From positions 3,136,001-3,200,000 of the forward strand of contig CBDCJV010000002.1 of NCBI GenBank assembly GCA_965217895.1: a stretch of 64,000 bases of DNA, given 5' to 3'. Source of the DNA: Waterburya sp. GTDB taxonomy: Bacteria; Cyanobacteriota; Cyanobacteriia; Cyanobacteriales; Xenococcaceae. A program made the translations under genes and the position numbers. Under the pieces are notes generated by a model that was given only the letters and a program-made list of their open reading frames with translations, was not told the origin of the DNA and ran no database searches. Position 1 is the first letter of the stretch; every line of letters begins with the position of its first letter. Positions 1-10,217 of this stretch are shown piece by piece.

Positions 1-1
1 A

Positions 2-1546
2 GCAATACCCGAAGAAGCTCCAGGCTTTAAGTTTAATTTGTGTGCCATTGACCATGAGTTTATTTTTCTTGGTCCTATTATTGAAGAATTGCAGTTAAAT
101 AAATATGGCTTAAAGTACCTTACTTGCGACCCTCATACTTTTTGCCCTCACCCAGACGGTAAATACTTTTTGGCACATCAATCTCTGGAAAAAACTCAAG
201 TAGCGATCGCTCGCTACAGCGAAAGAGATGCAGCTAAATATGTCGAGTTTATCGGTTATTGGTCAAAATTAATGAGTGCGATCGCGCCTTTTTTTAATGC
301 TCCACCTCAGTCTATCTTCGGTATTGCTAAAGGCTATAGGGGCAAAAATTTAGCAGATGTTTTGGCGCTCGCTGGCTCAAAAGATAAGGCATTAAACTTT
401 ATCCGCACCATGATTACCGCTCCAGAGGATCTGCTTAATGAATACTTTGATACGGAGTTAGTTAAAGCTCCCTTGGCTAGATTGGCAGCCGAAATTGGCG
501 CACCTCCTTCCCAAAAGGGCATCACCGCAGGCTTAATGATGTTGGCGATGCGTCATCACCCAGGCATGGCTCGCCCTCAAGGTGGCACAGGAGCATTAAC
601 TCAGGCATTAGTTGAATTAGTTCAGGCAAAGGGAGGCAAGATTTTAACCGAACAAATGGTCAAAGAAGTGATTATCGAAGATAACTGCGCTGTTGGGGTA
701 AAAATAGCTAGGGGCAAGGAATATCGAGCTAATAAAGCCGTAATTTCTAATATTGATGTCCGTCGGCTGTTTTTACAGTTAATCGATCGAGATGCAGTTA
801 AGCCAGATTTAAGAGAAAAAGTTGATCGCCGTATTACCAATAACAACGAAACCATCCTCAAGATTGACTGTGCTTTATCTGAAGCTCCCCGTTTTACAGC
901 ATATCAGAACGAAAACAACGAGCATTTAATCGGCACTGTGTTAATTGCCGACTCGGTTGCTCATGTCGAACAGGCGCACTCTTTAGCCACCATGGGACAA
1001 ATCCCTGATGCCAACCCGTCGATGTATCTAGATATTCCTTCTGTCTTAGATCCCACCCTCGCCCCAGAAGGGAAACATACCCTTTGGATTGAATTTTTTG
1101 CGCCCTATCAAATAGCAGGAAAAGAGAATACCGGTTTATACGGCACTGGCTGGACAGATGAACTAAAAAACAAAGTCGCCGATAATGTTATTGATAAGCT
1201 TGCCGACTATGCCCCCAATATCAAAGATTCAATCATTGCCCGTCGGGTAGAAAGCCCTGCCGAGTTGGGAGAAAGATTAGGTTCATACAAAGGCAATTAT
1301 TATCATTTAGATATGACCTTGGATCAAATGATCTTCTTACGTCCTCTGCCAGAAATTGCCAACTATACTACCCCAATTAAAAACCTTTATCTTACAGGGG
1401 CAGGAACTCATCCAGGAGGATCGATTTCGGGGATGCCTGGACGCAATTGCGCCCGCGTATTTCTCAATCAGCAACAGCCTCTAGTTAAGGCACAACAGTC
1501 GGTTAATTCTCTGTTGCGATCGCTTTTAGGCATTAATGAAACCTAA
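2..1546 (+). CDS. crtO: Beta-carotene ketolase CrtO (phytoene dehydrogenase-like FAD oxidoreductase), 5' end outside the window
   Basis: Frame is open from base 2 (AIPEEAPGFKFNLCAIDHEFI). It carries GGTGALTQAL and the C-terminal LYLTGAGTHPGGSISGMPGRNCA typical of cyanobacterial CrtO. Confidence 0.85.
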   Translation, partial: AIPEEAPGFKFNLCAIDHEFIFLGPIIEELQLNKYGLKYLTCDPHTFCPHPDGKYFLAHQSLEKTQVAIARYSERDAAKYVEFIGYWSKLMSAIAPFFNAPPQSIFGIAKGYRGKNLADVLALAGSKDKALNFIRTMITAPEDLLNEYFDTELVKAPLARLAAEIGAPPSQKGITAGLMMLAMRHHPGMARPQGGTGALTQALVELVQAKGGKILTEQMVKEVIIEDNCAVGVKIARGKEYRANKAVISNIDVRRLFLQLIDRDAVKPDLREKVDRRITNNNETILKIDCALSEAPRFTAYQNENNEHLIGTVLIADSVAHVEQAHSLATMGQIPDANPSMYLDIPSVLDPTLAPEGKHTLWIEFFAPYQIAGKENTGLYGTGWTDELKNKVADNVIDKLADYAPNIKDSIIARRVESPAELGERLGSYKGNYYHLDMTLDQMIFLRPLPEIANYTTPIKNLYLTGAGTHPGGSISGMPGRNCARVFLNQQQPLVKAQQSVNSLLRSLLGINET

Positions 1547-1591
1547 AATGATATGAAACACTTAAATGTTTGCTACAAATATTTGATTTAT

Positions 1592-1615
1592 GGACTTGGG
1601 GACTTGGGGACTTGG
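1592..1615 (+). repeat. Short tandem repeat (GGACTTGG)x3
   Basis: ggacttggggacttggggacttgg directly visible. Confidence 0.7.
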
Positions 1616-1761
1616 AGACGGGGTGATATTATTTGTCTCGGATATTTCCTCAACTGATATAACTTAACCCTTACATATATGTACATACTTTATAGCTTTT
1701 TTAAACATTATCTAAAATAATCATCACGGTATATACCTAAATAGATATTCAAAAAATACTT

Positions 1762-2295
1762 ATGATAAGTTCATCTAAACTCTTTTCTCAACGAAATTTC
1801 CCGAGAATTTCCCTCGCTACGGCTGCTTTAGGTTTGGCGATCGCTCTCAATAGCTGCGGAACACAACAATCAGACCAATATGAGGCAACCGCCACATCTA
1901 AAATGACTTGGGTAGTAAACTACTCTAACGATCCATCGGGGGATAAGCGACCTAAAATTGAGGAGTTTGAGTCGGTTTCTTTGGTTAACCGTAACGGAGA
2001 AAAGCCAGACGGTGCAGTCTATCAAGATGACAAAGGCATTTGGTGGCCCAAAGAACCTCCTAAGCCTACTCTTGATGAAATAGAAGCAAAAAAAAGACCT
2101 ACTGATAAAATTGGCAACCCCGAACGACTGCGAGAGGTGGAATATCGGGTCAAGTTTGACCAAGATGGGGAGAGACTAAACTTGCCAACTAATTATGATG
2201 TTTATCGACAGGTAGTTAAAGCTTATCCTGATACTCCTTTAACTTTTACTATGGGACTCAATAACGGTTCAGTAACCAAAGCCACTCCTCAATAA
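1762..2295 (+). CDS. Hypothetical lipoprotein
   Basis: 177-aa ORF with a hydrophobic signal peptide ending in a lipobox-like ALNSC. Confidence 0.7.
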   Translation: MISSSKLFSQRNFPRISLATAALGLAIALNSCGTQQSDQYEATATSKMTWVVNYSNDPSGDKRPKIEEFESVSLVNRNGEKPDGAVYQDDKGIWWPKEPPKPTLDEIEAKKRPTDKIGNPERLREVEYRVKFDQDGERLNLPTNYDVYRQVVKAYPDTPLTFTMGLNNGSVTKATPQ

Positions 2296-2392
2296 ACAAT
2301 GGGCAATTATCAATTATTCATTGTTTATTAATTTGGAAATAGAAGATAGTCTTCGTAAAAAGTAAAAACTCGCTTACGCTTGTTTTATATTT

Positions 2393-2536
2393 AATTCTAC
2401 CCACCTACTTAGCTGGACAAATTTTTGAAGATGAATACGAAAAGCGCGATCGCAGTTATTAAAGAAGTAGAAGTCCGTTTTCAAAGGCGACAAAGTGATA
2501 CCAAGCGTTTTCTATTCAATTCTGCCTAGCTACTTA
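2393..2536 (+). mobile_element. IS630-like transposase C-terminal remnant with terminal repeat
   Basis: Reads LAGQIFEDEYE/AIAVIKEVEVRFQRRQSDTKRFLFNSA* with one frameshift, resembling cyanobacterial IS630 C-termini. It is bounded by related aattct...ctactta ends at 2393-2411 and 2518-2536. Confidence 0.55.
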
Positions 2537-2732
2537 TCTCTATTTGTAATGTCAGCCTGGAGTGCAGACTACAATAAACAGGTATTGACCAATGCCGATT
2601 TCACCAATCAAGATTTTACCGATGCCTTACTTAGTCCCACTACCAAAAGAGAACTGTGTGAAATAGCCAGCAGTACTAATCTCCAGCTACAGGCAGGACA
2701 GGAACAATAAAGATACCTTGTACTGTCCTTGA
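2537..2732 (+). pseudogene. Pentapeptide-repeat protein pseudogene (internal deletion plus frameshift)
   Basis: AWSADYNKQVLTNADFTNQ is fused directly to DFTDALLSPTTKRELCEIA. The tail NKDTLYCP* lies in another frame. Confidence 0.7.
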
Positions 2733-2827
2733 ATTAAGACTAACGGCTAATTTGAGTCAAAAATGTCACAATAGAGATAATTAATTTTGGTCATCAAGAT
2801 CGATAGTCGGATCTTATAGAACAGCTT

Positions 2828-5752
2828 GTGAATCTAATCGTCTCTACGTCTGAGTTAAATTTGTCAGAATTATTCCCTTTTGAACTTGATGAATTTCAAG
2901 AAAAGGCGATCGCCGCATTGGCAGCAGGTAAATCCGTAGTCATCTGCGCTCCCACAGGTTCAGGAAAAACGTTAATCGGTGAATATGCAATTCATCGCGC
3001 TTTACAACATGGTAAGCGAGTATTTTATACCACTCCTCTTAAAGCTCTTTCTAACCAAAAATTTCGAGATTTTCAAGAACAGTTTGGGGTAGGAGATCCT
3101 CAGAAAATTGGTTTATTAACGGGGGATACCATTGTTAATCCTAATGCTGCTGTGGTGGTGATGACCACAGAGATTTTTCGCAATATGCTCTACGAGACAC
3201 CGATTGGGCAGCTAGGAACTTCTCTCAAGGATGTAGAGGCAGTAGTACTAGATGAATGTCACTATATTAGTAATCGTTACCGAGGTACGGTATGGGAAGA
3301 GTCAATTATTTATTGCCCACCCCAAATACAGCTAGTGGCTCTCTCGGCTACGATTGGTAATCCTCAAGAGTTAACCGACTGGATTACCAAAGTTCGCAAT
3401 TCTAATGCCGATAACCCAGAGAAATACGAGTGCGAGCTTATCAATTCAGATTTTCGCCCTGTACCTTTAAGATATTACTTTTGCGATCACCGTGGAATGC
3501 ACCGACTGCTGAATCAAAACGAAACTGAGATCAGCGCCAAACTCAAAGCTGCTGCACCTCGCCAAGGGCAAAAACCCAAACGCCTCAAGATTAAAGACTG
3601 TCCGAAAATTTATCAGGTGGTGCAGCAGCTACAGAAGAAAGATATGCTGCCTGCGATCTATATCATCTTTAGTCGTCGGGGTTGCGACAAGTCTGTAGAT
3701 ACCCTTGATGGATTAGATTTGGTGACTTTTGAGGAAGGACAGCAAATTGAAAGTGTCTTGCTCTATTTTTTTCTAGCTGAAAATACTGAGTTACAGACGG
3801 CATTGTTAGAACACTTTGCCGATTCTAATCCAGAGCTGGCAGAACTGTTGCGAGATTATTTAGCCAACAACGAGCAGGCAGAATCTAAGTTAGCACAGTA
3901 TCTCAACGCCGATCCTAATCAAAAATATTTGCTGTGGCAGTTTCTGTGTGAAAGCTCCCAAATTGCCAGAATCGATCAGATTGAACCCTTGATGCGGGGT
4001 GTTGCCTCTCACCACGCAGGCTTGTTACCAGCCTGGAAAGAATTAGTCGAAAGATTATTTGAACAGGGACTAGTTAAGATTGTCTTTGCTACGGCTACCC
4101 TAGCAGCAGGGATTAATATGCCTGCCCGCACCACGGTAATGTCTGCCCTGTCAAAACGCACTGATGGGGGACACAGTATGCTCAGTCCCTCGGAATTTTT
4201 GCAGATTGCAGGTAGAGCGGGCAGAAGAGGTAAAGATGATGTAGGTCATGTAGTGACCATGCAAACTCCCTTTGAGGGAGCAAAAGAAGCAGCGTTCTTG
4301 GCAACTTCCACCGCTGAACCCCTGAGAAGCTGGTTTACTCCTTCCTATGGCATGGTATTAAATTTGCTCCAAAAATATAGTTTACCCGAAGTTAAAGAAT
4401 TACTAGAAAGAAGTTTTGCCGAGTATTTATCCCAAAAAAGACTTGCCCCCGAACAAAGTGCGATCGCCGAAATCACCACCGAGTTAGCCAAGTTAGACGT
4501 AGCATTAGCAGCCACTTCTCCTGGGCAGTTAGCTAGCTATCAAAAACTACAGGAGCGAGCCAAAGAAGAACAACGACTCCTAGAAATTCTGCAACAGCAA
4601 GCGGAGGCAGATCAAAAAAGCAAAATCAAGCCTTTGGTTTCTCAAATTGAACCAGGCAGAATTGTTGGTCTTAAGGGCAGGCATATTCGGCTAAGTTCAC
4701 CTTTAGCTGCGGTATTGGTAGATAAAATTCCTGGTTCAGGTAAAGCATCTAATTTACTCTGCTTGGGAGTAGATAACTGCTGGTATATTGCAGCCAACGC
4801 CGACGTTACCGAAATTAACGAAGGAGCTTTGCCTACCGAGGAGATCGCTGAGATATCTATACCGCCTCTAGATAACGTTAAACTAGGTAAATGGCGCAAT
4901 GGCGATGAAGCTACAGCGATCGCCATCAAACAAATCGTCAACTATTTAATTCCGCCAACTCCCGCCCCCGAAGTAGTTGAGCAACAGCAAAGATTAGATA
5001 GCGTTCACCAAGAAATAGATAACCATCCTGTGCAGCAGGCAAATAATCCTCATCGCCTATTAAAAAAACACAATAAGCGGATACAGCTAAGAGAGAAACT
5101 TCATAAAACTCAAATCAAATATCAAAAGCAAAAGTCGAATCAGTCTTACTATTGGTCAGAATTTCTTAATTTAATCAATGTTTTGCAAGACTTTGAAGCT
5201 TTAGATGAATATAGCCCTACTTTTTTAGGACAAGCTGCTGCCACCATTCGCGGCGACAACGAACTGTGGCTGGCTTTAGTTTTTGTTTCTGGAGAACTAG
5301 AATATTTAGAACCCCATCACCTAGCAGCTACCGTCTGTGCCTTAATTACCGAAACTCCTCGCGCCGATGTTTGGTGTGACTTTCCTCCGCCTAAAGAAAT
5401 ATTAGAAGCATTAGGAGTTAAAAAAAGAGGTTCAACCACTTCAGGGGACGAAACAGCCTCCTCTAGTTTACAGAAGATACGCACCCGTTTATTTCAGGCT
5501 CAACGCCGTCACGAGGTTAGTTTGCCAGTCTGGCGGGAGTACGAGCTAGTCGGGCTATGCGAACAGTGGGCGTTGGGTACGGACTGGAATAATCTTTGCG
5601 AAAGCGTTAGTTTAGCAGAGGGAGATATTGTGAGAATGCTACGTCGCACCGTCGATGTTTTGTCTCAAATCCCCCAAATTCCTAATATTTCTGCTACTTT
5701 ATCTAACAATGCTAGAGATGCTAGCGCGATGATGAAACGTTTTCCGATTTAA
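2828..5752 (+). CDS. Ski2-like (HelY-type) DEAD/DEAH-box RNA helicase
   Basis: Motifs APTGSGKT, PLKALSNQK, DECH, SAT, HHAGL and QIAGRAGRRG, plus a C-terminal DSHCT-like EGDIVRMLRR. Confidence 0.9.
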   Translation: MNLIVSTSELNLSELFPFELDEFQEKAIAALAAGKSVVICAPTGSGKTLIGEYAIHRALQHGKRVFYTTPLKALSNQKFRDFQEQFGVGDPQKIGLLTGDTIVNPNAAVVVMTTEIFRNMLYETPIGQLGTSLKDVEAVVLDECHYISNRYRGTVWEESIIYCPPQIQLVALSATIGNPQELTDWITKVRNSNADNPEKYECELINSDFRPVPLRYYFCDHRGMHRLLNQNETEISAKLKAAAPRQGQKPKRLKIKDCPKIYQVVQQLQKKDMLPAIYIIFSRRGCDKSVDTLDGLDLVTFEEGQQIESVLLYFFLAENTELQTALLEHFADSNPELAELLRDYLANNEQAESKLAQYLNADPNQKYLLWQFLCESSQIARIDQIEPLMRGVASHHAGLLPAWKELVERLFEQGLVKIVFATATLAAGINMPARTTVMSALSKRTDGGHSMLSPSEFLQIAGRAGRRGKDDVGHVVTMQTPFEGAKEAAFLATSTAEPLRSWFTPSYGMVLNLLQKYSLPEVKELLERSFAEYLSQKRLAPEQSAIAEITTELAKLDVALAATSPGQLASYQKLQERAKEEQRLLEILQQQAEADQKSKIKPLVSQIEPGRIVGLKGRHIRLSSPLAAVLVDKIPGSGKASNLLCLGVDNCWYIAANADVTEINEGALPTEEIAEISIPPLDNVKLGKWRNGDEATAIAIKQIVNYLIPPTPAPEVVEQQQRLDSVHQEIDNHPVQQANNPHRLLKKHNKRIQLREKLHKTQIKYQKQKSNQSYYWSEFLNLINVLQDFEALDEYSPTFLGQAAATIRGDNELWLALVFVSGELEYLEPHHLAATVCALITETPRADVWCDFPPPKEILEALGVKKRGSTTSGDETASSSLQKIRTRLFQAQRRHEVSLPVWREYELVGLCEQWALGTDWNNLCESVSLAEGDIVRMLRRTVDVLSQIPQIPNISATLSNNARDASAMMKRFPI

Positions 5753-5801
5753 ACAAACTGTACTAAATATTAAATTGGCGTTTTAATCTTGACGCGATCG
5801 C

Positions 5802-6618
5802 CTACTTGCGTGCTTTAACATACAAATTTGTAGCAACTTGCCACTCTCCATGTTCTGTAATCAATCGGTCAACAGCTTTTTTATATTCATTTATATTCAG
5901 CTTGCAGTAATTTTTTTTGTTCTGCGGATAGATTTGATAAAGGATTACCTCTGGGGTAAAATTCCCGATCAATCCTTACAGAATCGTTATTTTGGTCAAG
6001 CTTATATTTGTTGTATTGGTGACTTTCAATCTCAATATTTTGAAAACCAGACTGTTGTAATAATAAACGGCATTTGTCAGGAGCCCATAGAGGTCGAAGT
6101 ATATGAGGTAAATCGATGCCAAATAAGTCTTGACAGACTTTAACTTTAATCTCTGCCAAGTAAGATGTTCGATCGGGAGTAGTAAAAGCGAGGTATCCTC
6201 TTGGCTTGAGCCAGTCATAGCACTTATTAAGAATTGCCGAAATATTGCTAAAATATACAATTGCCGAACAGCAGAAAATAGTGTCAAACTGTTTTGCTTG
6301 AAAATTAATTGACTCTACATCCGCTTCAATTAATTTCAAATTATCTATTCTCTCGGCTGCAATTTTCTCTCTAGCCTGAGCTAACATACCTGATGATATA
6401 TCAACACCAATTACAGAGCCTTCGGAAGCTACTTTTTTAGCAGCAGGAATTGCTACCAAACCTGTCCCCGTAGCCAGATCGAGAATAGTCTGTCCAGATT
6501 TAGGAGGCATATATGCTAATAAACGCTTTGCTTCTTTTGGATGAGCATCACCCTCATCATCATAGGCGGTTCGGTAATTAAAAAAATCAATCACCTTTTG
6601 CTTATAATCTTCTGCCAT
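5802..6618 (-). pseudogene. Class I SAM-dependent methyltransferase, C-terminally truncated by a 10-bp duplication
   Basis: SAM motif LDLATGTG and VDISSGML. The ORF stops at 5887. Removing one copy of the tandem TTTATATTCA (5880-5899) restores ...EYKKAVDRLITEHGEWQVATNLYVKARK*, ending at 5802. Confidence 0.7.
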
Positions 6619-6676
6619 TGCTTTTCTAGTTGCCAGTTGTTACGATATGACAATTTCTTAACCCTAGCATGGGCAA

Positions 6677-7702
6677 TTAATCTTCATACCAACTCGAACG
6701 CCAGGCAGCTTGGGCTTCTGCAACATCAGATTCTTGCTTAATCATTTTATACTGGCTATTTAATTTACTAATTTCGCCCATTAAATTATGCAGTTTTCCT
6801 CTTTGAGCATTAAGTAAAGGATCGCCAAACTCAAGTTCAGCTATACGCAAACGTAATAGACTAACTTGGGCTATATTCTTAGGAGATTTAGACTTATTCT
6901 TATCCTGCTCACTTTCAATTGCCAGATGAATAATATTAGGAGAATTTTTTAATTTATTGCCTCTTCCTCCTTTGTTGCCATCTGCCTGAATTGCCACATC
7001 AATGATTTTACTGGGTATGCGATCGGGTATAATTCCTGAATCCTGTAAACATCGATTAGCTTTTTGAGAAGTGTAGTCTAACGTCTTTTTGATAGTTCGT
7101 TCAATTTGCTTATGCCACAGGACAAGGTGTTCTGGATTGTTGAAGTTAATCTCCTGCTTTGGTAGTTGTGGAGAAATGTTTTCAGGCTCTAATTCAGCCT
7201 CTAAAGAAGCATCTAATTCAATAAACTCAATCTTCTCTAATTCAGCCTTGATTGAGGCAAAATCGACTTCTGCTGTCTTTTCGTTTTCTTCACTAACGCT
7301 GTCTTCCTTTTCTTCTTTTCTGCGTTTAGGTTTGGGCAAATTTTTAATTAATTCTGCCATCAAATTTAACTCTTGTGGCGGTGGGTCTAGTTCTTTTTGC
7401 TCAATAATAAGAGATAGAGCTGGTTCAATCTCAATGCCAATTTTTCTTAAAGCTTGCTGTAGGTTTTGTCGATTGCCTAAAGATAACCCTAGAAATGATT
7501 GGGGATAAAACTGGGTACAAATTTGATAACTGGCTAAGACTAACTGTTGTTTTGCAGAATGGCTGAGAGAATTTAAGTAATTTTGGTATAGATTTTCAAG
7601 TTCAACCGCTATTTTGGCTGTAGTTGATTCTAGGTTATTGAGGTCTTGTTTAATTTGCTGAATCGATTTTGTCATCCTATATTCAGTTATCCGTTGGGAC
7701 AT
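6677..7702 (-). CDS. Conserved hypothetical cyanobacterial coiled-coil protein
   Basis: 341-aa ORF with YQICTQFYP and a C-terminal EAQAAWRSSWYED. Confidence 0.75.
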   Translation of the reverse strand: MSQRITEYRMTKSIQQIKQDLNNLESTTAKIAVELENLYQNYLNSLSHSAKQQLVLASYQICTQFYPQSFLGLSLGNRQNLQQALRKIGIEIEPALSLIIEQKELDPPPQELNLMAELIKNLPKPKRRKEEKEDSVSEENEKTAEVDFASIKAELEKIEFIELDASLEAELEPENISPQLPKQEINFNNPEHLVLWHKQIERTIKKTLDYTSQKANRCLQDSGIIPDRIPSKIIDVAIQADGNKGGRGNKLKNSPNIIHLAIESEQDKNKSKSPKNIAQVSLLRLRIAELEFGDPLLNAQRGKLHNLMGEISKLNSQYKMIKQESDVAEAQAAWRSSWYED

Positions 7703-7839
7703 TGGCTTAGGACTTAGGGAAAATCTCCTAGCACGTAGTTAGTTCATCACTAAGTCTTTACTTTCTAAGCACTTTTTTTTGAATTTATCTAAGCCATGAT
7801 GCTTTGCTAAATAAGAGTTTTCAATGACCTCAAGCCCAA

Positions 7840-8049
7840 TTAATCAATGTCAATTGAATGTGGTTTATCACTATTGTTTGAAGTTGCAGAATTATTGTTC
7901 ACTTGATTATAGCCCTGATTTTCCAACCATTTGGACAAAGGTTCTTCATTTAAGTTCAAATGCAAAATACCAGAGGCAAAACCACCAGCAAAGGCAATTG
8001 GCTGTTGAATAAATTTTTGTAGGGCAGGTGTAAGCTCGCTTAGAAACAT
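7840..8049 (-). CDS. Small conserved hypothetical cyanobacterial protein
   Basis: 69 aa, QPIAFAGGFASGILHLNL...SIDID. Confidence 0.7.
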   Translation of the reverse strand: MFLSELTPALQKFIQQPIAFAGGFASGILHLNLNEEPLSKWLENQGYNQVNNNSATSNNSDKPHSIDID

Positions 8050-8250
8050 AAACTTAAAGACGATAAAAATGCTGAATTTTGATAAATTTGAAAGCTATCT
8101 TCAAAATTGTAGCGTGTCTAGCTAGATAATCAAAAATTTTTTGCCATCCTCAACGGAGAAAACCTAGGCAACGCAACTGTCTTGCAAACTAAAAGAATAT
8201 CGAGCGATCGCACTGAGCATGACAAACTTTTTTGGTTAATTGATAATTGT

Positions 8251-9447
8251 TCAGGCGATACTACCTCGCTTACGAGCTTCTTTATAAGATGTTCCCACGT
8301 TGCGTAAGCCTGCTTTAATTAACTGTTGTTCTAAAAGTCCAAAAAAGCGAGCGCGATCGCCTCCTCGAACTACAGCTTGATTATGTGCCTCTGCTAGGGC
8401 AACGGGATAACCATAGCCTTTATGTACCTGAGCCAGTACAATACCTAAAGAGCGATCAAATAAATCTTTGTCTTCAGCTACCCAAGCAGGGACTTCAATC
8501 CGAGCTATTTCTGCCCCTACGTTGATATAGCAAAAATAAACCCGTTGAGCATCTTCATAAAGATCGAGAATACGTAAGTTACTGCGGTATAAAGGACTTC
8601 TTTGCCCTGGTAGTAGCTGACTACTCCAAAAAGTTGAATCACGCAAAGAGTCAATTTTCTGACAGGGATAGTTATTAACTAAATCACCACAGTTAACCAC
8701 ACAGTTAGGGTGTTCATGCTCACAGGTTTGCAAACGCAAAAAGTTTAGTCCTTCTGTACTGCGGGAGGCACTTACATAACCAACCATGGGAATTTTAGTG
8801 GCTCTTAGTCGTTCACAAGCAGCCAAAATTGGCGGTAATATTTTATCCCGCGCTTCAACAGGCAAACCATCTAAAAACCAGTAGATTAACGATCCATCGA
8901 CCAAAGCCAGATTGGGAGTATCATAATGTTCTCCTGGGGGAAGTACCCAGTTACAGGCTATATCCGCCAAAATCTCTGCCTCGGAAACTGTACGTCGATA
9001 ACCCATCCATTCTTCTAGACGAATACCCCATTGTCTAGAAACATATAAATCTTCAGTCTTATAAAATACTTCTGGTACGCTATCTAATAAAGGATGTAGA
9101 CTCTGCCCGTAGTGGATCATAATCTGACCAATATTAATTAAGTAGCAATAGGCAATTTCGTGGTGGGAAGGGGAAATTTGCGAACCGTCTGTGGCAAAAA
9201 CGCTATGGCTATAGGGAGCTATGGGAATATCAAAACACCGATCTAAAGGTTCGACGGGTGTGGCAGCAGCAAATAAAAGGCGATCGCCAAAATCAGCTTG
9301 AGCTTCAATTAATTTTGCTTGGGTACTAGCTGCTTGCTGCTGTAACTTTTTAGCCAGTTCTAGACGTTCGCCAGAGGCGATCGCCTCTTTGTGCATATGT
9401 TGACTAATACCTGGAATCTGTCCCGCTATTTTCGATAGATCTAGCAT
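8251..9447 (-). CDS. NurA-domain nuclease
   Basis: Motifs ATDGSQ, LVDGSL and GYPVALAEAHNQAVV. Confidence 0.85.
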   Translation of the reverse strand: MLDLSKIAGQIPGISQHMHKEAIASGERLELAKKLQQQAASTQAKLIEAQADFGDRLLFAAATPVEPLDRCFDIPIAPYSHSVFATDGSQISPSHHEIAYCYLINIGQIMIHYGQSLHPLLDSVPEVFYKTEDLYVSRQWGIRLEEWMGYRRTVSEAEILADIACNWVLPPGEHYDTPNLALVDGSLIYWFLDGLPVEARDKILPPILAACERLRATKIPMVGYVSASRSTEGLNFLRLQTCEHEHPNCVVNCGDLVNNYPCQKIDSLRDSTFWSSQLLPGQRSPLYRSNLRILDLYEDAQRVYFCYINVGAEIARIEVPAWVAEDKDLFDRSLGIVLAQVHKGYGYPVALAEAHNQAVVRGGDRARFFGLLEQQLIKAGLRNVGTSYKEARKRGSIA

Positions 9448-9468
9448 TGTAAGATGATGACTTATTAG

Positions 9469-10122
9469 TTAATGTACTACATTCAACCAGTTTTCTACCT
9501 CTTGCCAACCTAAACCCTGACGTATTACTTCTGGTTCATCGGTGGCAAAATTGAGGATAGTTGAGACATTAAAACCTGGGTCAATACCATTGTCGATAAT
9601 TATATCTACCTGATTTTCTAGAGCATCAAAAAGATAAGCTTTTTCCACGTCCATAGTCGGGTATTCGCCATCTTCATCTCTGATATGTGCCGATGTCGAG
9701 ATCAGGGGATTACCTAGGCTTTCCAGTAATGCTTGACATAAGACATTATCTGGGACTCTAATACCAGTTGTCTTGCGTTTAGGACTCATTACTAGCTTTG
9801 GCACTTGTTTACTAGCAGGAAGTAAAAACGTATATGGTCCAGGAATTAGATGTTTCATAATCCGATAGGCGCGATCGCTTACCGTAGCGTATTGAGATAT
9901 ATTAGATAGGGAAGAACATAAAAAAGTCAGAGGTTTATCGTTAGACATCTGCTTAATTCTTCTCACTTTTTCGACTGCCGATTTGACGCTGAGATCGCAG
10001 CCAATAGCATAAACCGTATCGGTAGGATATAACATCACCGCCCCTTTTTTTAGTTCGGCGACAATCTGCTCGACAGTTCTTGGTTGGGGATTATGGGGAT
10101 GTAGCTCGTGTAAAATAGCCAT
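9469..10122 (-). CDS. SUA5/YciO/YrdC family protein (threonylcarbamoyl-AMP synthase-like)
   Basis: Motifs YPTDTVYAIGC, PGPYTFLL, GIRVPD and STSA. ATG start placed at 10122. Confidence 0.9.
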   Translation of the reverse strand: MAILHELHPHNPQPRTVEQIVAELKKGAVMLYPTDTVYAIGCDLSVKSAVEKVRRIKQMSNDKPLTFLCSSLSNISQYATVSDRAYRIMKHLIPGPYTFLLPASKQVPKLVMSPKRKTTGIRVPDNVLCQALLESLGNPLISTSAHIRDEDGEYPTMDVEKAYLFDALENQVDIIIDNGIDPGFNVSTILNFATDEPEVIRQGLGWQEVENWLNVVH

Positions 10123-10217
10123 AAAGATTAGCAAATAGTAGTGAATATTTTTTCCTTACCAATCTATACAAAGGCTAAGATCATTTCAAGATTGAGCAAG
10201 TATACTGATGGTGTTTT

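Noticed and set aside
8251..9447. NurA as part of a defence system
   Set aside because: No HerA or other defence partner is adjacent, and the context is housekeeping.
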